A stretch of 41,553 nucleotides of DNA from a virus. Below, one piece after another: positions 36,524 through 41,553 of this stretch (positions within the stretch are counted from its first letter, which is position 1; every line of letters begins with the position of its first letter). The position numbers and the translations under genes were made by a program. The notes beneath the pieces were generated by a model. That model was not told the origin of the DNA and ran no database searches. It saw nothing but the letters and a program-made list of their open reading frames with translations. The stretch lies in UHGV virus genome UHGV-0389665; one strand, given 5' to 3'.

Positions 36524-37330
36524 TTAATCTCCATTAGATAAAATACTATTTGCCATAGTGATTATGTCTTCGTCTGATAATCCATCAGTCTTCCATGCAG
36601 CTAAGTGTTCGCGGGATCTTAAGAATTTCTGCGCTTCCCCAACAGTTTTAAAATGAGGAGACGGAACAATAGTACAGCAACTCTTATCTTCGCGCGTGAT
36701 ATCATCGCGTTTGCGTATATCATCTGTTACTTCTATGTCAGTGCGTTCATGAGCAGTTTGCGGGAGAAGATAGGGGTCACGAAGTGAACCCAACTCAGAA
36801 ACAGTATTGTTTTTTGTGGCAATACAGCGTTCATATTCTTTATCTAAAATGGTATCTATGAGCTCTTGACCATGCATATCTAATGCGCGATATTTTTTAA
36901 GATGGTTATTTTCTTTAGAATTTAATGATATATTTTTATCCAGTACATGATTTGCGAGGTATTCTTTTAATGCACATCTCATGTTATCAAGAGTTATAAA
37001 TTTTTTAGAAGGCAGCAATGCATCAAAATCCTCAGCAAAAAAACAGCGGATAAGCTCGTTCTCAGATATCTCAAATTCCTTACTCAGAATCCGGAAGATG
37101 CGCTGGAGATTTTCACCCAGATAATAATTTTCTTCCCATCCCATTATATAAGCCGGTGTTGTGTCTAAAGCATTCGCTATGTTGACAATTTTTGATTGCG
37201 GTAGCCCTCTGCCATCTATTTCTATTTTATTAATTGATGAACGCGATTTATAGCCCGCTTTTTGTGCTAACTCTTCTTGAGACATTCCTAGTTCTTCGCG
37301 GCGCTTTTTAATCCTTTCTCCTATTTCCAT
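36524..37330 (-). CDS. XRE-family HTH phage repressor (ImmR-like), 268 aa
   Basis: N-terminal LGMSQEELAQKAGYKSRSSINKIE HTH. Divergent from the Cro-like gene. Confidence 0.8.
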   Translation of the reverse strand: MEIGERIKKRREELGMSQEELAQKAGYKSRSSINKIEIDGRGLPQSKIVNIANALDTTPAYIMGWEENYYLGENLQRIFRILSKEFEISENELIRCFFAEDFDALLPSKKFITLDNMRCALKEYLANHVLDKNISLNSKENNHLKKYRALDMHGQELIDTILDKEYERCIATKNNTVSELGSLRDPYLLPQTAHERTDIEVTDDIRKRDDITREDKSCCTIVPSPHFKTVGEAQKFLRSREHLAAWKTDGLSDEDIITMANSILSNGD

Positions 37331-37397
37331 TTTTATACCTCCATAAATTTATAATATCATAAAGTAGAAAGAAATTCAACAATAAACAAATAATATG

Positions 37398-37451
37398 TTG
37401 ACAAATATTGAACAAAAGAGTATGATACCAACTGTAGACAAAATGACTACA
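37398..37451 (+). promoter_or_regulatory. early rightward promoter TTGACA-17-TATGAT with operator TGTAGACAAAATGACTACA just downstream
   Basis: TTGACA 37398-403, TATGAT 37421-26. The 19-bp near-palindromic operator at 37433-37451 recurs identically at 37680-37698. Confidence 0.6.
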
Positions 37452-37464
37452 TAGGAAAGGAGGT

Positions 37465-37722
37465 ATGGTGATGACTAATGTTGTGTTGCTAAACCAATTA
37501 ATTAAGAAATCTGGTTTAAAAAGATGTTGGATTGCAGAACAGCTGGGTTTGTCTTATTTTGGCTTTCAAAAAAAAGTAAATAATGAAAATCAGTTTAAGG
37601 CAAGCGAAATAAAAAAACTATGTGAGTTGTTAAATATTGCATCCTTGAAAGAACGAGAAAATATTTTTTTTGCACCAGATGTAGACAAAATGACTACAAT
37701 TATCAAAAAGGAGGAAGCATGA
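37465..37722 (+). CDS. Cro-like small DNA-binding protein
   Basis: 85 aa with AGGAGG RBS and the HTH-like LKRCWIAEQLGLSYFGFQKKV. Divergent from the repressor. Confidence 0.55.
   Translation: MVMTNVVLLNQLIKKSGLKRCWIAEQLGLSYFGFQKKVNNENQFKASEIKKLCELLNIASLKERENIFFAPDVDKMTTIIKKEEA
37680..37698. promoter_or_regulatory. second copy of 19-bp operator TGTAGACAAAATGACTACA upstream of the antirepressor gene
   Basis: Exact repeat of 37433-37451. Confidence 0.5.
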
Positions 37723-38579
37723 ACGAGTTAGTAAAAGTAGGATGCCACGATATAGTGGAAATCAAGTGGAGGGGACAGAAGGTCGTTACCACGGCTCAGT
37801 TGGCGGAGGTATATGAAGCCTCTGATACGCAAATTAAACAGAATTTCAACAATAACGAAAAGCACTTTGAAGAGGGAAAGCATTTCTTCTTGTTGAAGGC
37901 ACGGGAATTAAAAGAGTTTAAGAACTTGGTAGAAAATTTCGACCTAGTTGCCAAGAATACCCCGCAACTGTATCTTTGGACACATAAAGGAGCCAGCCGT
38001 CACTGTAAGATGCTTGGAACCGAGAAAGCTTGGGAACAGTTCGATAATTTGGAAGAAGCGTATTTCAACCCGCAGACATCTATTAACATGGATGACCTAG
38101 ACCCTGACACACAGCTAATGAATCTGCTCGTTAGAAATATTTCAAGGCAGGAGTTGGAGCAGAAGCGGCAACGAGAAGAGCAGAAGAGACAGGCTGAAAA
38201 ATTGGAACAGCTGGACAATAGAATTGACGCCATCAAGGAAGTGGTTTCCCTTCGTCCCAATGCCTGGAGAAAAGATACTGCCAACATTATTAATAAGATG
38301 GCATTGATGGCCGGGGGATATGACCACATAAAAACTATCAGAGATGAGTCCTATCGCATCCTGGAAGAACGGATGCATGCGGCACTGAATATACGTCTTA
38401 CAAATAAGAGAAAGACAATGGCCCTCAATAATGTTTGCAAGTCCAAACTGGACAAGTTAAACATACTCGATGTAATTGCGGATGATCCTAAATTGATCGA
38501 GGGGTATATATCAGTTATTAAGGATATGGCAATTAAATATGGAATTGCAGATGCAAAAGACATATTAAACGAAAACTAA
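37719..38579 (+). CDS. phage antirepressor (ORF6N N-terminal domain plus C-terminal ORF6C/KilAC-like region)
   Basis: VVTTAQLAEVYEASDTQIKQNFNNNEKHFEEGKHFFLLKARELKEF is typical of the ORF6N domain. Confidence 0.75.
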   Translation: MNELVKVGCHDIVEIKWRGQKVVTTAQLAEVYEASDTQIKQNFNNNEKHFEEGKHFFLLKARELKEFKNLVENFDLVAKNTPQLYLWTHKGASRHCKMLGTEKAWEQFDNLEEAYFNPQTSINMDDLDPDTQLMNLLVRNISRQELEQKRQREEQKRQAEKLEQLDNRIDAIKEVVSLRPNAWRKDTANIINKMALMAGGYDHIKTIRDESYRILEERMHAALNIRLTNKRKTMALNNVCKSKLDKLNILDVIADDPKLIEGYISVIKDMAIKYGIADAKDILNEN

Positions 38580-38607
38580 AATAAAAACGTAAGGAGGAGT
38601 ATAAAGT

Positions 38608-38829
38608 ATGGTCATTACATTAAATAAAATCGAATTTAGCAGGGATGAGTTAAAAGATATTAAGGGATGTTTGGTATGCGGAGTTATTGATAGTGTGGAT
38701 GACGGCGGAGAGAAATTTATTGAATTGGGTTTTTGTAATCCAGAATCTAAAAAGCTTACTCAGTTAAGAGTTTATGCGGATGGAACCATGTGTGTAGGCT
38801 CATCTGTGGAAGAGAGTGAAGGAGAGTGA
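38608..38829 (+). CDS. hypothetical early protein
   Basis: 73 aa with AAGGAGGAG RBS. Confidence 0.5.
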   Translation: MVITLNKIEFSRDELKDIKGCLVCGVIDSVDDGGEKFIELGFCNPESKKLTQLRVYADGTMCVGSSVEESEGE

Positions 38830-39058
38830 TATCGTGGCAAAACTATGGTTAAGCCCGGAAGAAGCCGCCCCTGTTCTGGGAATGAAACCAGCTAAGATTC
38901 GGGACTACATGCGCAGAGGCATCCTGGATCTGGGCCTGGCAATCCCGCCGGAGAAGACAGGTAAGACCATGTGGGAGTTCCGGATATACCCGGCGAAGGT
39001 GGAGCGGATAATTGGCGAGAAGCTGGAGCATCCACGGGAAGGAGTGACATCAGAATGA
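38816..39058 (+). CDS. hypothetical early protein, possibly HTH/excisionase-like
   Basis: 80-aa ORF. A GTG at 38834 is an alternative start. Confidence 0.4.
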   Translation: MKESDIVAKLWLSPEEAAPVLGMKPAKIRDYMRRGILDLGLAIPPEKTGKTMWEFRIYPAKVERIIGEKLEHPREGVTSE

Positions 39059-39174
39059 AACGGAACAATGAACCAGATCGGATGCAGCGGGCGCTAGCAA
39101 TCATAACAATGGTGATGACGGTGCTCTATATGTATAAGTGCTGGCAGGTGGACCAGCTGATCAGGATGTTATAG
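39055..39174 (+). CDS. 39-aa hydrophobic peptide
   Basis: ATG overlaps the upstream stop (ATGA). ALAIITMVMTVLYMY is a TM-like segment. Confidence 0.3.
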   Translation: MKRNNEPDRMQRALAIITMVMTVLYMYKCWQVDQLIRML

Positions 39175-39189
39175 GAGGATAAGAACGAA

Positions 39190-40314
39190 GTGAGAGATGA
39201 AAACATGGAAACTTTATTAAAACATATCAAGGAAGGGAGATATGTTCCAGATACCATCTTCGACATTAGGAGAATGTTGGCCTACAAAGATATGGAGCTG
39301 TACGCAAAACCATGCTGTGATTGGATCGTGTCCGCAGGATTGGTAGATGGAATACATATTGCGAGAGATATTGAATCACCCTGGAATTTGGTGATAGATG
39401 TCCATGGGATGGATTTATGCAGAGAGATACTAAAGTCATACCTCCAGCCAGAGGATGTGGGTACCCTTTGTGATGTTGCCAAATGGTGTCATGAATTGGT
39501 GATTCTTAATAATAATCAGATATACAGCCTTAGAAAAATGACTACAAAGGATATAAAGGCCAGTCAGAAGGATCTGATCGGGTGTACGAATGAAGATGAT
39601 AAAGAAGTTGCCGAACTGTTAAGGGCCGAGTTGGAGAGTAGGCGGCTGATATGTAGAATACGTCATTTAGTGGGAAGGATCGGGTTCACCTGCCGCTTGC
39701 TGGCAATGTTCCGGGGGCCGATGCGTGCCTTGGTTCCAGTCATAAAAGAAGCCTGGAAGGGATGGGAACTAAACGGAAGCGATTGCTATGCCAGGAGCAG
39801 TGGAAAGTATGCAGAAGCTATGAGGCGTTTTACGAATGCCCATGGAGGTACAGCAGGAGCCTGCAAGCTTCGTGGTGATGACCTAATACGGTACATATAT
39901 CTGGCAGTTAAAGTTTACGGGAAAGAGAACCGGACAGAGTTCAACCATGCAAAAGCTTATAAGTCATGCCTGGAGATAGAAAAGAGGTACCAGGAACTTA
40001 AGCAGGTCATGGACACCATCGGCAGGCTGACGCCCATGGAGCTGCTAAGACTGTACCCAGTTGATAAGGAATATGACGGCAAGAAGTGGGGAACCAAGGA
40101 TTACTTTTATACCATAGACCGGTTAAGGCGCCTGCCAGCAGACAAGCCCATTGGGGATGCCCAGGACGTTGCCGTTCTTTTATGGGACTATCAGAACTGG
40201 GACCTGGCCTTCCTGCTCCTCCAGTGGGAGAACGTTCTGGGAGATTTACATGTTTACTGCAATGAGCCCGGTCCGCAGGATGAACTCCATGACAGGATGA
40301 AAAAGGCGGTGTGA
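39190..40314 (+). CDS. hypothetical 374-aa early protein
   Basis: Long intact ORF with GGAGG RBS. No recognisable motif. Confidence 0.55.
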   Translation: MRDENMETLLKHIKEGRYVPDTIFDIRRMLAYKDMELYAKPCCDWIVSAGLVDGIHIARDIESPWNLVIDVHGMDLCREILKSYLQPEDVGTLCDVAKWCHELVILNNNQIYSLRKMTTKDIKASQKDLIGCTNEDDKEVAELLRAELESRRLICRIRHLVGRIGFTCRLLAMFRGPMRALVPVIKEAWKGWELNGSDCYARSSGKYAEAMRRFTNAHGGTAGACKLRGDDLIRYIYLAVKVYGKENRTEFNHAKAYKSCLEIEKRYQELKQVMDTIGRLTPMELLRLYPVDKEYDGKKWGTKDYFYTIDRLRRLPADKPIGDAQDVAVLLWDYQNWDLAFLLLQWENVLGDLHVYCNEPGPQDELHDRMKKAV

Positions 40315-40591
40315 ACGGATGGGCAGACGCAAGGCGACAAAGCCAACTCGAAACCAGAAAATTATTATGAGTAAGTCCGGCCTGTTGGTAAATAACTGGT
40401 TGGTACTGGAAGAAACAAAGACGGAACTGAGGCTTGTGAGTCGCGGGTCCGGTGCAAGGCGGACAATAAAAAAGTCCTCATAGAAGTTGGCGCTTCCATA
40501 AGGACAAGCATAGGCCGGGAGGCGCTATACCAAAGTACAATCAACTACAGTATAGCACCTCCGGGCCGGAAAGGGAAGAGGATTTATCAGC

Positions 40592-40876
40592 ATGAGTAAT
40601 ATTGCTGCAAACATTGATGGTGAATTGATGGATCTTGAGATTATGGCAGAAAATGCCAAAGTCCTGATAGATGATGTTGAGCAGGACTACTTTGGTTGGG
40701 ACACTGAAAAATCAGGCGAAACATGGAGAATACAGGGAGAGTACTTTACCAAGGCCGGCATCAAGGCCAGGATGATAAATGACATTGCTTTTGATATGCT
40801 GAACAAAATTAAGAAATTACGTGAACTTATAAATAGCATTGATGAGGAGGTAGGCAAGCATGACATTTCCAATTGA
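40592..40876 (+). CDS. hypothetical early protein
   Basis: 94-aa ORF. Confidence 0.45.
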   Translation: MSNIAANIDGELMDLEIMAENAKVLIDDVEQDYFGWDTEKSGETWRIQGEYFTKAGIKARMINDIAFDMLNKIKKLRELINSIDEEVGKHDISN

Positions 40877-41030
40877 TATTGAAGAATATACAAGGGATAA
40901 GATGAAACTGCTTGAAGATCCGGACATGGGGGATTATGCGGTATTCAGGGCAATGGCTATATTTGCGAACATGGCATATACCGCTGGCCTGGAAGCTGGC
41001 AGGAAGGAGGCCGAAATATGCAAAGAATGA
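40860..41030 (+). CDS. hypothetical 56-aa protein
   Basis: GAGGAGG RBS then ATG 40860, overlapping neighbours at both ends. Confidence 0.35.
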   Translation: MTFPIDIEEYTRDKMKLLEDPDMGDYAVFRAMAIFANMAYTAGLEAGRKEAEICKE

Positions 41031-41266
41031 TATGTATCCCATCTGACCAGTATACCCGGATGCTTGAAAGCTATGACAAAGCTATGGAGGAATTGCAGGG
41101 ACTTAGGGAGCAGCTGCGGACGGTCCAGGGTGATGTGGATGGAGCTGCACAGGGGCAAGCAGAAGGTCGCACTGGAGACATTGTGGATATTCTTATGTCG
41201 GCTGACGATGAAACCTTGAAGGAAGTGTACCATTTCGTCCAAGTTTATGCAGGGAGGACATACTGA
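41018..41266 (+). CDS. hypothetical early protein
   Basis: 82-aa ORF with GGAAGGAGG RBS. Confidence 0.45.
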   Translation: MQRMICIPSDQYTRMLESYDKAMEELQGLREQLRTVQGDVDGAAQGQAEGRTGDIVDILMSADDETLKEVYHFVQVYAGRTY

Positions 41267-41296
41267 TTGCGATATCGCAACAGAAGGAGAACAACA

Positions 41297-41553
41297 TGAA
41301 TAAAGAGGAGATAAAGAAAATAGTGCTGGACTATATAAACGAGAATGGATCTGCCAGCTATGCGGAACTGCAGTGGCTGTTTGATCAGCATGGCTATGAT
41401 TATAAGGGGGCCCTGATGTCGTGCGCAGATGCATGTGAGCATGTTGTGTTCTGGTCTGACTGGAATGCAGAAGCCTTTGACCTGATGGCGGAACTGCTCC
41501 ATGAGAATGTGATCCACCGGGAGCCAGCGCATCCCCTGCGTTACCTGGTGGAT
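41297..41553 (+). CDS. hypothetical protein, 5' part (runs off the window end)
   Basis: GAAGGAG RBS and ATG 41297. No stop before the window end. Confidence 0.45.

Noticed and set aside
40319-40486. 55-aa ORF (MGRRKATKPTRNQKII...) in the 280-bp gap after the 374-aa gene
   Set aside because: There is no convincing RBS, and the sequence is basic and low-complexity. I left it unannotated, but a small protein or a regulatory region here cannot be excluded.
1-41553. Host chromosomal flanks / prophage boundaries inside the window
   Set aside because: No gene in the window looks like bacterial housekeeping. The integrase end is followed directly by the phage lysogeny module, and the early genes continue to the window edge. 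The window is therefore more consistent with an entire phage genome than with a prophage plus flanks.

Overview
The window reads as an almost complete temperate phage genome of about 41.5 kb from a Firmicutes/Clostridia host. Lysin and a secreted protein carry YG/W-rich cell-wall-binding repeats. Nearly every gene is phage-like and I see no clear host gene. A primase-helicase gene (1338..3791) is followed by an iteron-type origin candidate. Then come an ArpU/sigma-like regulator, a DUF559/Vsr-like endonuclease, a HicA/HicB toxin-antitoxin pair, and terminase small and large subunits. The head module has an SPP1-like portal, a MuF head-morphogenesis protein with an unusual C-terminal HExxH extension, scaffold, major capsid and head-tail joining proteins. 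The tail module is PBSX/Xkd-like and contractile: sheath, tube, a chaperone with a conserved -1 frameshift site, tape measure, a LysM protein, XkdQ/R/S/T/U-like baseplate proteins and fibres. An XhlA-like protein and a holin-like protein follow. Next is a 1520-aa protein with a glycoside hydrolase family 2 catalytic core and an Ig-like domain, then an NlpC/P60-type endolysin with cell-wall-binding repeats. Beyond the lysin is a small cargo cassette: a divergent XRE regulator with two perfect palindromic operators, an acidic protein, a poly-cysteine/Gly-Asn-Trp-rich peptide and an 88-aa protein. A tyrosine integrase on the minus strand is flanked by related TCTACT-containing repeats and a 14-bp exact direct repeat. 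Upstream of it is a 630-bp ORF-free stretch with a near-consensus promoter, nested hairpins and an intrinsic terminator, which I flag as a candidate ncRNA or attP region. The lysogeny module (secreted cell-wall-binding protein, ImmA-like metallopeptidase, XRE repressor, divergent Cro-like gene with a repeated 19-bp operator, ORF6N antirepressor) and unknown early genes complete the set. The last ORF runs off the window end, and its frame continues open into positions 1..120, which would fit a circular or permuted genome. The most unusual loci are the candidate ncRNA, the Cys-rich cassette, a self-contained 2TM+PH-like gene inside the tail operon, the MuF HExxH extension and the GH2 virion enzyme. 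Six-frame ORFs that overlap these genes on the opposite strand are treated as shadow ORFs.
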